Of a DNA stretch of 64,000 nt, positions 10,129-19,362 are shown piece by piece. The DNA lies in IMG/VR virus record IMGVR_UViG_3300029288_000060, positions 192,001 to 256,000 of that record. One strand, written 5' to 3'. The translations under genes and the position numbers were made by a program. The stretch comes from a virus. Its lineage: Duplodnaviria > Caudoviricetes. The first letter of the stretch is position 1; each line of letters begins with the position of its first letter. The notes under the pieces were generated by a model, which made no database searches, had not been told where the DNA came from, and saw only the letters and a program-made list of their open reading frames with translations.

Positions 10129-10512
10129 TTAAAAAACATCAAATGGTCTTTTTATAAGTTCTACTTCTTGGTTCCAAGTCCAAGAAACTTCATCAAGATC
10201 TACTGTATTTGGATCGCCATTACAATTTTCTGTATGAGCTCGCCATTTTCCGTCATCAAAAATTACTTCATAGATTCCATCTAAAGAATCAATTCTAACT
10301 AAATCCCCTCCATATATTTCTCTATCATATTTATCACAGTACATTGTAAATTGTTGGCTCTCATTTCTTGTATCAATTTCATTTAGTGCCCAAGATATCC
10401 ATTCACCTTCTATATTTCCCCAATAAAACCATTCTAAAAATTCACCTTCTTCGTTTTTAATTGGTTGTCTAAATTTAATTTCATATGGTATCATGACACT
10501 GATTTTATCCAT
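10129..10512 (-). CDS. YopX family protein
   Basis: EIKFR...QQFTMYCDKYDREIYGGDLV. Confidence 0.8.
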   Translation of the reverse strand: MDKISVMIPYEIKFRQPIKNEEGEFLEWFYWGNIEGEWISWALNEIDTRNESQQFTMYCDKYDREIYGGDLVRIDSLDGIYEVIFDDGKWRAHTENCNGDPNTVDLDEVSWTWNQEVELIKRPFDVF

Positions 10513-10940
10513 TCATTATATGTATTGCATAAAAGCAATATTTCTTCAAAAACTAAATTATTCCATTTTATTTTATCATCTTCTGAAAGATACTCATTCT
10601 CTTCATATTCTTCAAATAACTCAGTTAGTTTATCAAAAACGGAATAACTACAATGTTTATGACCATAAAAATAATAAATGGGGCAATTAATGCAGCAATC
10701 ATCACCTTGAACTAGAAATAAATTACATAAACCACATGTATCCACAGAGTCAGGTTCTATACACTCATTAGATTTTGCAATTAAATACCACTTACTAAAA
10801 GTTTTTTCCCACGCCTCTTCTAAAGTTATAGCGCTCTTTTTAGGAAATAAATATTTTGGAACTATTATTTGATTATCTGAATCTATACCAATTTCCTCAA
10901 ACCATTTAGACAGGATATTAAACAACTCTTCATTACTCAT
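10491..10940 (-). CDS. hypothetical Cys-rich protein
   Basis: 149 aa ORF with CGLC and CINCP. Confidence 0.65.
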   Translation of the reverse strand: MSNEELFNILSKWFEEIGIDSDNQIIVPKYLFPKKSAITLEEAWEKTFSKWYLIAKSNECIEPDSVDTCGLCNLFLVQGDDCCINCPIYYFYGHKHCSYSVFDKLTELFEEYEENEYLSEDDKIKWNNLVFEEILLLCNTYNEWIKSVS

Positions 10941-11379
10941 TTTTTAACTCCATTTTATCTATTTTTTCAATTATTATTTTGAGAATATAACAAAAATCAT
11001 TCTCATTACATATATCATAAATTGAACATCTTGTATCACTACAACATTTTTTCTGATCTATATTAGACAAATTAACTAATAAATCATATTTTTCAGATTT
11101 ACTTAATTCTTTATTATTTTTATATTCACCTGGTAAATAGTTATTTTCTAAATTTGCTGTCCAAATTGGATATTCACATTTACACCTATAATAATGTTTT
11201 CCACATATTTTACATATTCGATATAGCATACCAGAATTTTGAAGTCTTTCTTCAATATCAAGACACTCACAATCTTTTATTTCTTTTTCACATTTCTTAC
11301 AAAACATTTTGCCTTTAACAATTTCAAAATTATCACTTGTCAATAACTTTTTATTTTCTAAGTTCATTCCATACTCCAA
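10933..11379 (-). CDS. hypothetical Cys-rich protein
   Basis: 148 aa ORF with multiple CxxC motifs. Confidence 0.65.
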   Translation of the reverse strand: MEYGMNLENKKLLTSDNFEIVKGKMFCKKCEKEIKDCECLDIEERLQNSGMLYRICKICGKHYYRCKCEYPIWTANLENNYLPGEYKNNKELSKSEKYDLLVNLSNIDQKKCCSDTRCSIYDICNENDFCYILKIIIEKIDKMELKNE

Positions 11380-11445
11380 GAAATATAAATATACCTATAA
11401 GTAAAACAATAAGCCAAAAAGTCATATTTTTATCCTCTTTATTGT

Positions 11446-11907
11446 TTAGTAAGTTGGTAAATTATCTATCTCATCACTAATGAACATTCCATACCCTATT
11501 ATATTAAACAACTTTGAATGTTTATATATTTTTGCTAATTCTAAATTTGATAAATATTCTGCTTCTTTGTTCGATATTTCAATCAAATATTTTGATAAAT
11601 TTGTTGATTGTTGAAAATTTTCAACACTGCCATTAATAATAGTATTTTTAGAATTTTTATCTGATTTATAATAAGCATTTTTAATTAACGTAACGTTTTT
11701 TCTCAATGTTGTAATTTCAACATCTTTAGCTTTTAATTGTGGATAAAGATATATACCATAAGATACCATAAATATTACAATGAAAAAAACAATCCCTGTT
11801 GCAGCACTTCCAACTATATTTATATTTTCTGCCAAAACATAATTTACTCTTTTTGGAACAATTATTGTAACAGTAATTAATATTATGAAAATGATAATAT
11901 ATAACAA
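11446..11907 (-). CDS. hypothetical membrane protein
   Basis: Two hydrophobic N-terminal segments; AGGAG RBS. Confidence 0.7.
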   Translation of the reverse strand: MLYIIIFIILITVTIIVPKRVNYVLAENINIVGSAATGIVFFIVIFMVSYGIYLYPQLKAKDVEITTLRKNVTLIKNAYYKSDKNSKNTIINGSVENFQQSTNLSKYLIEISNKEAEYLSNLELAKIYKHSKLFNIIGYGMFISDEIDNLPTY

Positions 11908-12026
11908 ATTAATCTCCTTATTATTTTTTGCTTAACATCTATTGAGTATATAGTGATAGTATACTAGATAAAATTAGTAATATAAAATTATTTTCATTCA
12001 TAAACAATGTCTATGTTTCTTTAGAT

Positions 12027-12284
12027 TTAAAAATAATTTTTATACTTATCTAGTAATACTATACCTATCAAAAGTATGACTAACCCTAAGGATACACCAA
12101 AAAAGTATATATGAGCACCCATTAGTTTAAGTACATGAAAAAAAGCTGACCATATTATAAATGCTCCTATTGAAATCATACATATTCCAAAATTTTTTAA
12201 GAAATTTGCGCGGGTTTTGTTCATTTTTCCTCCATTACTTATTTCAAAAACTTTTATATTTCTTTCTTCATTTATTAAAATCAA
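12027..12284 (-). CDS. hypothetical two-TM membrane protein
   Basis: Hydrophobic segments; start probably at MNKTR. Confidence 0.6.
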   Translation of the reverse strand: MILINEERNIKVFEISNGGKMNKTRANFLKNFGICMISIGAFIIWSAFFHVLKLMGAHIYFFGVSLGLVILLIGIVLLDKYKNYF

Positions 12285-12317
12285 TATTATGTATCTTTAT
12301 CTTAGCTTTATTTTTAT

Positions 12318-12572
12318 TTATGATTTATACATCTTAATTTCACATTTACATATAGGACATATTGAACATTTTGAATATTTGTCATATTCCATAAAAATTT
12401 CTGATCCACAAGAAGTTTCATAATAATTTTCGTCTAGTTTTTCCCAAATACATTTTTCATCTTCAACCTCATATTCATCTTTATCCGCCCAAATCTGGTC
12501 TGAGAACCAACCGGCTATAAATCCACCAATGAATATCAATACTATACATATGATTCCTAATATTAAATCCAT
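12318..12572 (-). CDS. hypothetical protein with N-terminal TM and C-terminal zinc ribbon
   Basis: CIW...YETSCG...CPIC, shared with ORF 19352-19714. Confidence 0.65.
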   Translation of the reverse strand: MDLILGIICIVLIFIGGFIAGWFSDQIWADKDEYEVEDEKCIWEKLDENYYETSCGSEIFMEYDKYSKCSICPICKCEIKMYKS

Positions 12573-12593
12573 TTAAAATCTCCTTATGTGAGT

Positions 12594-12902
12594 TTAAATA
12601 TTAATCCAATTATTTTTAATTATTTCAATTTTAAAACTTTGAATATCATTTCTCTTAATCATTATCAATCCATCTTTAAAGTGTAATACATATTTATCTG
12701 ATTGTGGTCTTGAAAAGTACCATATGTAAAAATCTTTCCATGGAGTAATCGTATCTACATTATTTTTCTGTTCACATTCTAAACTAAAAGTATCTTTATT
12801 AATAAATTTAATACTTAACTTATTTAAAAAAGTTTCAACCTCTATTTTTATCTCATCTTGTTGTTTATTTTTCTTAAAAATATTCCATCCCATTAATGTC
12901 AC
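12594..12902 (-). CDS. hypothetical protein
   Basis: 102 aa ORF in the run of small genes. Confidence 0.6.
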   Translation of the reverse strand: MTLMGWNIFKKNKQQDEIKIEVETFLNKLSIKFINKDTFSLECEQKNNVDTITPWKDFYIWYFSRPQSDKYVLHFKDGLIMIKRNDIQSFKIEIIKNNWINI

Positions 12903-12922
12903 TCCTTTTATAAAATAGTTAA

Positions 12923-13375
12923 CTATACATTTTTTAAAAATTTATTTTTTATGTAAAGTTCTTTTGTGTAACCTATAGCATCTTTCATCCTTTTAAATTT
13001 TTTTACTGATTGTCCACCATTAGTAGATATATTACCTTTTGAATCCCAATAAAATTTATATAACTGAAGGCCAAAATATTTGCTATTTTTAAATCGATAA
13101 ACTATTCCAATTACATGATTATGTAAGTAGATCAAGTGCCTTCCATTAGGAAATAATTTAGTAGTTATATCATTATCACTTGTTGCTTCCATTAAGTTTT
13201 TATGTTTGGTATTTATAGCCTCATTCTCTGGCGGATCTTCAAGATCAGGAATACCAAATGTATGTATATTTTCATCTATAGTTAAATCAAAACTGTCTAA
13301 TGCTTCTAATAAATTAACTTTATGTGCAAATTCATTTATTCCGTCTTCTCCATGCCTTTTTACTTTATTTTTCAT
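12923..13375 (-). CDS. hypothetical protein (N-terminus paralogous to 21037-21327)
   Basis: KRHGEDGINEFAHKVNL. Confidence 0.65.
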   Translation of the reverse strand: MKNKVKRHGEDGINEFAHKVNLLEALDSFDLTIDENIHTFGIPDLEDPPENEAINTKHKNLMEATSDNDITTKLFPNGRHLIYLHNHVIGIVYRFKNSKYFGLQLYKFYWDSKGNISTNGGQSVKKFKRMKDAIGYTKELYIKNKFLKNV

Positions 13376-13559
13376 GAATTTCCAACTCCGAAATAAGTTT
13401 TGATAGAGTTAAAAATTCTTCTCCTGTAAGGAAAAAAGAATTACACCTAGTTAAAGTAGGGTGATAAGAAACTATGTATCCTCCTGTCCCAGTCTTTAGA
13501 ATAGTGAATTCTTTTAACTCATATAAAGATTCAATTGTATCATATTTATTTATACTCAT
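13365..13559 (-). CDS. hypothetical protein
   Basis: 64 aa ORF with AGGAG RBS. Confidence 0.6.
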   Translation of the reverse strand: MSINKYDTIESLYELKEFTILKTGTGGYIVSYHPTLTRCNSFFLTGEEFLTLSKLISELEIHEK

Positions 13560-13706
13560 TATTTCTCCTTTTTTACCATTTAATATTTAATAATGCTAAA
13601 AGAGACGCACAAAACCATGCAATGGCCGCGTCATAATTTTTCCTTTTGATGTATAATACAAAATTAATAAGTATCAAAAGCAATGCTATAATATCAAATG
13701 CCATCA

Positions 13707-14018
13707 TTATTCCTTAGCCCATTCAGCAGTATCCAACAAAGCATGAATAGCATCTATAACATATGCCTTATCTTGTTCTGGTGCTATAGTTGACCGAATG
13801 GCTAACACCAAGCGTTCCAACTCTGTTTTGTCATCTGATCCAATTATTTGAATAAGAGCTCTTCTGAGTTTAAGTATTGCCTCTTCAGCTTTTCGTAATG
13901 GATGTTTTTTACAAATTCTAATATGATCAGTAAGAACTTGAATATCAGCACCACTTGCTGGCGTTCCTGCTGGATATTCTTCACCACAATATACACATGT
14001 TAAAATATTATTATCCAT
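13707..14018 (-). CDS. hypothetical zinc-binding phage protein
   Basis: CVYCG...HIRIC; AGGAG RBS. Confidence 0.7.
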   Translation of the reverse strand: MDNNILTCVYCGEEYPAGTPASGADIQVLTDHIRICKKHPLRKAEEAILKLRRALIQIIGSDDKTELERLVLAIRSTIAPEQDKAYVIDAIHALLDTAEWAKE

Positions 14019-14111
14019 ATTATTACTCCTTTTTATTTCACTGCTCTAATCTATTTAAAAACTGGCTAATTAAAGCACTTAAAACTCCGAAGCAAATAGA
14101 GATTACGATAC

Positions 14112-14546
14112 CTATAATGTCTGACATTTCTTCTGTTCCTCAACTTTTAATTTCTTCAATTCATAATGTTTACATTCTCCAGGATTTGAAGGAAGTTTAA
14201 AAGTCGTATAAACTTCCCATTCTCCTTTTGCACACCAATATCGCATTCGTGTATGTAGAAAATGTTTACAAGTAGGACAATTTCTAATTGGTATTCCTTC
14301 ATTAATAACTTCAAATTTAAGTAAAAAGTTTGATGCCGCATATCTTGTCTTGAATCCCTCAACCAAACCAATTGATTGTGGGAGTCTATGTAGTGCACTC
14401 CAGCCCTTATTTTTAAAGAAAAATAATTGTCCTATATAAATATCCCCGATATAAAATAAAGTGTCAGTTTTTCTCTTCTTCCATTTCCAATCTAAAACTT
14501 TACCCTCTATTACTGACGATAACTTCAAACCATGCCTCCTTCGCAC
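14112..14546 (-). CDS. hypothetical protein
   Basis: 144 aa ORF with a Cys-rich C-terminus. Confidence 0.6.
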   Translation of the reverse strand: MRRRHGLKLSSVIEGKVLDWKWKKRKTDTLFYIGDIYIGQLFFFKNKGWSALHRLPQSIGLVEGFKTRYAASNFLLKFEVINEGIPIRNCPTCKHFLHTRMRYWCAKGEWEVYTTFKLPSNPGECKHYELKKLKVEEQKKCQTL

Positions 14547-14703
14547 ATTCAGGAAAAGGAATAAACAATTTACTTAATGTACTACCAGTAGAATAATCAA
14601 TTTTAAGTTCCGCATTGATTACTAAGTAGCATTTGTTATTGCGGGAAATTTTGATTTTATCTTCAATATTACCTATTTTTTCAACATACAAAAATTCTTT
14701 CAT
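14500..14703 (-). CDS. hypothetical protein
   Basis: 67 aa ORF tiling the operon. Confidence 0.5.
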   Translation of the reverse strand: MKEFLYVEKIGNIEDKIKISRNNKCYLVINAELKIDYSTGSTLSKLFIPFPECAKEAWFEVIVSNRG

Positions 14704-14728
14704 ATTCTCTTTTTATTCCTTCGCCCAT

Positions 14729-14971
14729 TCAACCTAAATCTACCAAAATCCTTCGAATTAACTCTGGTATACTCTTTTTCCTTATATCCACTCCACGGTC
14801 CATACTTTCGCAAGCCTCAGCATACATCCAGCCGATAGCTTTGGCTCGAACGTCCTCAACATACTTTTCAAGTTCATCATAAGCCTTGCTTGTCGGATAA
14901 ATGCCACAATCTCCTTCGTTGTCCAACATCTCACTTATAATCTTGCATATTACAGTTCTATCCTTATCCAT
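14729..14971 (-). CDS. hypothetical protein
   Basis: 80 aa ORF with GAGG RBS. Confidence 0.65.
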   Translation of the reverse strand: MDKDRTVICKIISEMLDNEGDCGIYPTSKAYDELEKYVEDVRAKAIGWMYAEACESMDRGVDIRKKSIPELIRRILVDLG

Positions 14972-15158
14972 TTGTTTCCTCTTTTTTATGTCGTTGTTAG
15001 ATTTAAGTAAATATACATCATCAGATTAAAAAACTTTATTATTAGAATAATAATACTCGTTATAGTTACTACTAACCATACAGGAGTTACCCACCAATCA
15101 TCATCATAGTTATCTTTTGAAGAGCACATTATTCCTTCTTTTTTCTCTGGTACTATCT

Positions 15159-15548
15159 TCACTTTACCTCCTTTGTCCATTCAGCTTTTACTTTACCTTC
15201 CCCATAAGGAAGTTCATACCATTGCTTTTCTAATCCTATAGATTCTAAGTCTGAAACAAGACCAACTCGAACAAGACAAAAATCTTTTACATGCTTTGTT
15301 CCACAAGTAATAAAAGGTAGAATATAAAACCCTCTTATTTTGCCATCTATTGTAATATTCTGAAAATCCTTTAACTCTTCGTTTGTAAGATTTAAAACTA
15401 CTTCGTGATAGTTCCACGATTTTTCTTTGACAGTATTATTAGGAATCAAGTTGAATATTCTACAGAACCACTTTTCAATTCTATTGCGTGGTGTTGGCAC
15501 AAATATGTCTTCATAAGTATACCAACTAAATAAATATTGGTGTTGCAT
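15159..15548 (-). CDS. hypothetical protein
   Basis: AGGAGG RBS before MQHQYLF. Confidence 0.6.
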   Translation of the reverse strand: MQHQYLFSWYTYEDIFVPTPRNRIEKWFCRIFNLIPNNTVKEKSWNYHEVVLNLTNEELKDFQNITIDGKIRGFYILPFITCGTKHVKDFCLVRVGLVSDLESIGLEKQWYELPYGEGKVKAEWTKEVK

Positions 15549-15550
15549 TT

Positions 15551-16060
15551 TTATTCCTCCTTTGCCCATTTAGCGACGATACGGCCTGTACCGTTGCAAT
15601 TTTGACAATAGAATTCATTTTTATTAACACCATAGGGCGTAACATCCCCTTTGCCTTCACATTCAGGACATTCCTCCCATCCCCATTTCTCTCTTGTTTC
15701 TGGCAGTGCCAACCATTCGGAGAGTAAGACCATGATGCGTGGTTCGCCTTCGTCGGTGAGGGAGAAGAGCCATATATAATTGCTTTGTATTGTGAAAGGT
15801 CTTTTATCGGTATCAAACCAACGTTCCCACTGCCAACCGCCGAACGCTTCCCACATCTCCCTCTTCTCCTTCCAAAACCACTGCAAGAAGGGGAGGTGGG
15901 TGTTGGGGGAGGAGTAGTCGGGATTAGGATTGAAAAAGTTTCTTAGTTCAATTTTCTCTCCACATTTAATACAGCTTGTATATCCTTTCTCTGTCAAATA
16001 TGGGAATGGTTCATGAAAGCACTTCCCTTCAAACAAGCACAACAGTTTATGGTTTATCAC
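15551..16060 (-). CDS. hypothetical protein with DnaJ-type zinc finger
   Basis: GTG start (INHKLL) after AGGAG; C-terminal CPECEGKG and CQNCNGTG. Confidence 0.65.
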   Translation of the reverse strand: MINHKLLCLFEGKCFHEPFPYLTEKGYTSCIKCGEKIELRNFFNPNPDYSSPNTHLPFLQWFWKEKREMWEAFGGWQWERWFDTDKRPFTIQSNYIWLFSLTDEGEPRIMVLLSEWLALPETREKWGWEECPECEGKGDVTPYGVNKNEFYCQNCNGTGRIVAKWAKEE

Positions 16061-16272
16061 TTTTTTATCTCCTTTGTAGGAAACTTGCAGTCTGTCATCC
16101 AATTTCCCCATGAAGAAATGATAGGAACACCACCTTGTGCAATACAAGCGTTTATAGACTTCCTTCTTGCATCGGCATATTCCTGATCTGAAATTGTGTC
16201 GGTAGGACTACAACCCACTAAAAGAATTGCAACCAAAACAAGTATTGAAAATAAGAGTTTATGATTTATCAT
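16057..16272 (-). CDS. small lipoprotein
   Basis: MINHKLL... LLVGC lipobox; AAGGAGG RBS. Confidence 0.7.
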   Translation of the reverse strand: MINHKLLFSILVLVAILLVGCSPTDTISDQEYADARRKSINACIAQGGVPIISSWGNWMTDCKFPTKEIKK

Positions 16273-16327
16273 CTTGACCTCCTTCGAGAGCATACAGAAA
16301 TATTATAAGTCTATACAATCTCCAATT

Positions 16328-16759
16328 TTATAGTAGTTTTTGAGTTACTTCCTCATGCTCACAGTTTTCACACTCATAAACATACCACCATTCTGTAACC
16401 GCTCCAGTTCTTGAATCGTAATCACCTTCTCTTTTAAATTCCAATTTTTTCTTATATTTATGTTTACATTTTTTGTGAACATTGAGCGACTTAATCACAC
16501 GGCTAAGACACTCACATAACTCTGTACATTGTTCTATTTTTTGCATTGGGCAATCTGAACAGTCCATTTTATATCGGTATCTTGCAATATCTTTTAGTTT
16601 ATCCCACTTCTCGGCCTTCTCGATGGTGGGGGCAAGGAGGGAGAGGATAGAATCAGCAACTTTATCTGCATCATAGTCACATTCACAAGAGGACATATAA
16701 TCTTTCTGAAAGCCACTATGGGCTATGGTACATATCTCTCTTTTCAGTTCATCCTTCAT
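16328..16759 (-). CDS. mosaic Cys-rich hypothetical protein
   Basis: KDEL, ADSILS and EKAEKWDKLK modules plus CxxCP. Confidence 0.7.
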   Translation of the reverse strand: MKDELKREICTIAHSGFQKDYMSSCECDYDADKVADSILSLLAPTIEKAEKWDKLKDIARYRYKMDCSDCPMQKIEQCTELCECLSRVIKSLNVHKKCKHKYKKKLEFKREGDYDSRTGAVTEWWYVYECENCEHEEVTQKLL

Positions 16760-16770
16760 CTCTCATCTCC

Positions 16771-17034
16771 TTAACATAGTGGGCATTCATCTATCCCGCC
16801 AAGTTTGCCGTGAATGGGACAGTCGTATTCCTCGATAATCTTAAAGCCTTCCACCTCATTGTAAACCACATATCTTGCCTTCTCATCCTCAAGGGGACAC
16901 CAAGCGGGGATACCTTCTTTTTCAACTATCTGGTCAGTACCCATGCACCTGTCGATAGTGGTAGTTCCGTCCCCCGCCAATTCTTCATACGACCACGGAC
17001 ATTCCCCGCAGTTCTCAACCTTGATTATTTTCAT
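16771..17034 (-). CDS. mosaic Cys-rich hypothetical protein
   Basis: MKIIKV and CPLEDEK modules; AAGGAGG RBS. Confidence 0.7.
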   Translation of the reverse strand: MKIIKVENCGECPWSYEELAGDGTTTIDRCMGTDQIVEKEGIPAWCPLEDEKARYVVYNEVEGFKIIEEYDCPIHGKLGGIDECPLC

Positions 17035-17035
17035 C

Positions 17036-17323
17036 TTAACCTCCTTCGAGAGCTTCGACGATACTCTTTGCATATACACAAAGTACCTCTTCGCATGTTA
17101 TCAGGGGGCAGGTATCGCACGTTCGAGTATTTCTCAACGCCGCTATCTCCTTCACCTTATCCCACTTCTCGGCCTCCTTCTCATCCTCAAGGGGACACTC
17201 TTTAGGAATGACATTACTATCAATAACTCTGCCTGTTACTCCGCATCGTTTTATCCCAAACACTATCAGACCGTTGTTAATTTTAGGACAATCGAAACAG
17301 CTTCTAACCTTGATTATTTTCAT
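17036..17323 (-). CDS. mosaic Cys-rich hypothetical protein
   Basis: MKIIKV, CPLEDEK, AEKWDKVKE and IVEALEGG modules. Confidence 0.7.
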   Translation of the reverse strand: MKIIKVRSCFDCPKINNGLIVFGIKRCGVTGRVIDSNVIPKECPLEDEKEAEKWDKVKEIAALRNTRTCDTCPLITCEEVLCVYAKSIVEALEGG

Positions 17324-17693
17324 CTTGACCTCCTTCGAGAGCTTCGACGACATCCCTGAATATACAACCACCGTACTCCAAGGTACAGGCATCTTCTTTC
17401 CATAAAGGGCATTTGCACGGTGGTCTTGAATCTGCACACTCCTTCACCTTATCCCATAGGCGAGCCTTCTCGATGGCAGGATCAGGGTGTTGAATATCAG
17501 AAAGTATAGCTTTTGTCAACATTTCTTTTAGTTCTGGTTTAACATCGTCCATAAAGAAATGTAACCAGCGTTTTACTGTTTTTAATTCTTGTTGTGTCTT
17601 CTCAGCTTTCTTTAACTCAATCCTTATTTCATCAAGGATAGCACCGTTTTGAAAGTCTTCTATTTTAAGTTTATCAAACTCTTTAACTGTCAT
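17304..17693 (-). CDS. mosaic hypothetical protein
   Basis: EKARLWDKVKE and VVEALEGG modules. Confidence 0.7.
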   Translation of the reverse strand: MTVKEFDKLKIEDFQNGAILDEIRIELKKAEKTQQELKTVKRWLHFFMDDVKPELKEMLTKAILSDIQHPDPAIEKARLWDKVKECADSRPPCKCPLWKEDACTLEYGGCIFRDVVEALEGGQDENNQG

Positions 17694-17874
17694 TCTTGTA
17701 CCCCTCTTCGTGGTCTTCTGTTGACAATGAAAACCATCTAACTTGACTCAAAGGAATATGTCTATTTGTCCCGTTCGACAATCGCATCCATAAAAGATAA
17801 GCTCCAAACCGCACTTCGGAGCATTCAAATACTTCTCTGTAACCGTCCCACCACCTTACATTAACTGTTTTCAT
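17683..17874 (-). CDS. hypothetical protein
   Basis: 63 aa ORF with AAGGAGG RBS. Confidence 0.65.
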   Translation of the reverse strand: MKTVNVRWWDGYREVFECSEVRFGAYLLWMRLSNGTNRHIPLSQVRWFSLSTEDHEEGYKNDS

Positions 17875-18194
17875 CCCTTACCTCCTTCGAGAGCATCGTT
17901 AATATCTTTGCAGACGGCACCAGGGTACAAATGGGAACCGCAGATATAATTCAGGAAGCACTTGTCACATGAGGTTTCGAAGAGGGATTTTAGTTTATCC
18001 CACTTCTGAGCCTTCTCCCGCGTCTCGTTATCCTCTGCACCCGCCAGTTTTATAATCCTGTCAGTATGGGCTTCGGATAGTTTTTTCTCAAGTTCTATAC
18101 ACTCAGGGCACTCAATCCATGCCCTAACTATAAGTCTTTCGGGTACTTCGTTTGATACTTGTTTGCCACATTTCGAGCATTTAACGTGACTCAT
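17871..18194 (-). CDS. mosaic Cys-rich hypothetical protein
   Basis: Zinc ribbon plus EKAQKWDKLK and ALEGG modules. Confidence 0.7.
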   Translation of the reverse strand: MSHVKCSKCGKQVSNEVPERLIVRAWIECPECIELEKKLSEAHTDRIIKLAGAEDNETREKAQKWDKLKSLFETSCDKCFLNYICGSHLYPGAVCKDINDALEGGKG

Positions 18195-18489
18195 CTTTCA
18201 CCTCTATAAGAGCTTCTTCAAGTATCTGAATAACAGGAGTAGCCGATTTTACCATTGCTTCTTCTCTATCTGTTCCAACATCTCTTGCAAAGAAATGGAA
18301 CCATACTTTCACGGATTTCAATGTCTCTTTCATCTTCTCAGCCTTCTCAAGTTCGGGGGCAAGGATTGAGACGATTGAATCTGCAAACTTCCTTCCTTCG
18401 GATAGACAAAGAAGAAAGTCCCAATATTTTCCGTAACGATATTTTGCATAGAGTTCGGCTATCTTCTCTTTCAGTTCATCTGTGTTCAT
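18181..18489 (-). CDS. mosaic hypothetical protein
   Basis: DELKEKI, ADSIVSILAPELEKAEK and EEALIEVKD modules. Confidence 0.7.
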   Translation of the reverse strand: MNTDELKEKIAELYAKYRYGKYWDFLLCLSEGRKFADSIVSILAPELEKAEKMKETLKSVKVWFHFFARDVGTDREEAMVKSATPVIQILEEALIEVKDESR

Positions 18490-18574
18490 CTTTATATTCC
18501 TCTAATTTAAAATTTTAAAAAGTATCGTGTAAATTATAGCGAATATTGTAATCCATATGATTAAGACTCTTATG

Positions 18575-18796
18575 TCAAGCATTTTTTATACCTTGCCAAA
18601 ATTTTTCATATTTTTCTTGTACAGTACCGTTTCTTACGTCCTCTGGAAGATTCATATAATTAGGATAATCCTTAAATAAAATTATCTCCGGCCAAGAGGA
18701 CAGGTCTGTAACCTTCCAAACTATTATCCCGATTCCATTCTTAACTATTTTGACGGCTTTCTTTCTATTCTTATAGGTCAATATTTCATTAAACAT
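18575..18796 (-). CDS. hypothetical protein
   Basis: 73 aa ORF coupled to the upstream gene. Confidence 0.6.
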   Translation of the reverse strand: MFNEILTYKNRKKAVKIVKNGIGIIVWKVTDLSSWPEIILFKDYPNYMNLPEDVRNGTVQEKYEKFWQGIKNA

Positions 18797-19046
18797 CTTT
18801 CACTTCGAGAGCTTCGACAAGTATATCCATCATGCAACGCCTACGTCGATCACAATAACGTTCAATAGGACACTTCACATTCTCCAACCCTACAATACAT
18901 GCGTTTTCCTCTATCTCCTTCACCTTATCCCATAGGCGAGCTTTCTCTTGGAGTCCTTTCAATTCCCTATCATCAATCATGGTCATATTCATGCTAGTCA
19001 TCTTTCTTGCCCCCTTCAAGGTTTTGTACAACCATATAACAAGCAT
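18789..19046 (-). CDS. mosaic Cys-rich hypothetical protein
   Basis: EKARLWDKVKE and LVEALEVKD modules; start probably internal (MTSMN). Confidence 0.65.
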   Translation of the reverse strand: MLVIWLYKTLKGARKMTSMNMTMIDDRELKGLQEKARLWDKVKEIEENACIVGLENVKCPIERYCDRRRRCMMDILVEALEVKDV

Positions 19047-19362
19047 CTATCAAATCATAATTGTTGTATGTTTTTCTCGCGTTATCATCTACGGGAATGT
19101 TTGCTATTCGCTTTACACTATTCCATTTTTCAGCCTTCTTAAGTTCAGGGGTAATGATGGAGAATGTTTTATCGACAATAAGATTTGTCAGTTTTTTTAC
19201 TCTGGCGCGGAAGAGGGGGTCGGTATTAAATCTGCCAATAGCATATTTTTCTTTGTTGTTTATTACATTTGCGGTAGTTGTACTTAAGTATACCGGGTAG
19301 AAAAACTGGTCGAGCAAAATGGTCGTAATGTACTGTATTTCATGAAATAGTTCATCCTTCAT
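18994..19362 (-). CDS. mosaic hypothetical protein
   Basis: MKDEL, PELKKAEKW and NLEGG modules. Confidence 0.7.
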   Translation of the reverse strand: MKDELFHEIQYITTILLDQFFYPVYLSTTTANVINNKEKYAIGRFNTDPLFRARVKKLTNLIVDKTFSIITPELKKAEKWNSVKRIANIPVDDNARKTYNNYDLIDACYMVVQNLEGGKKDD

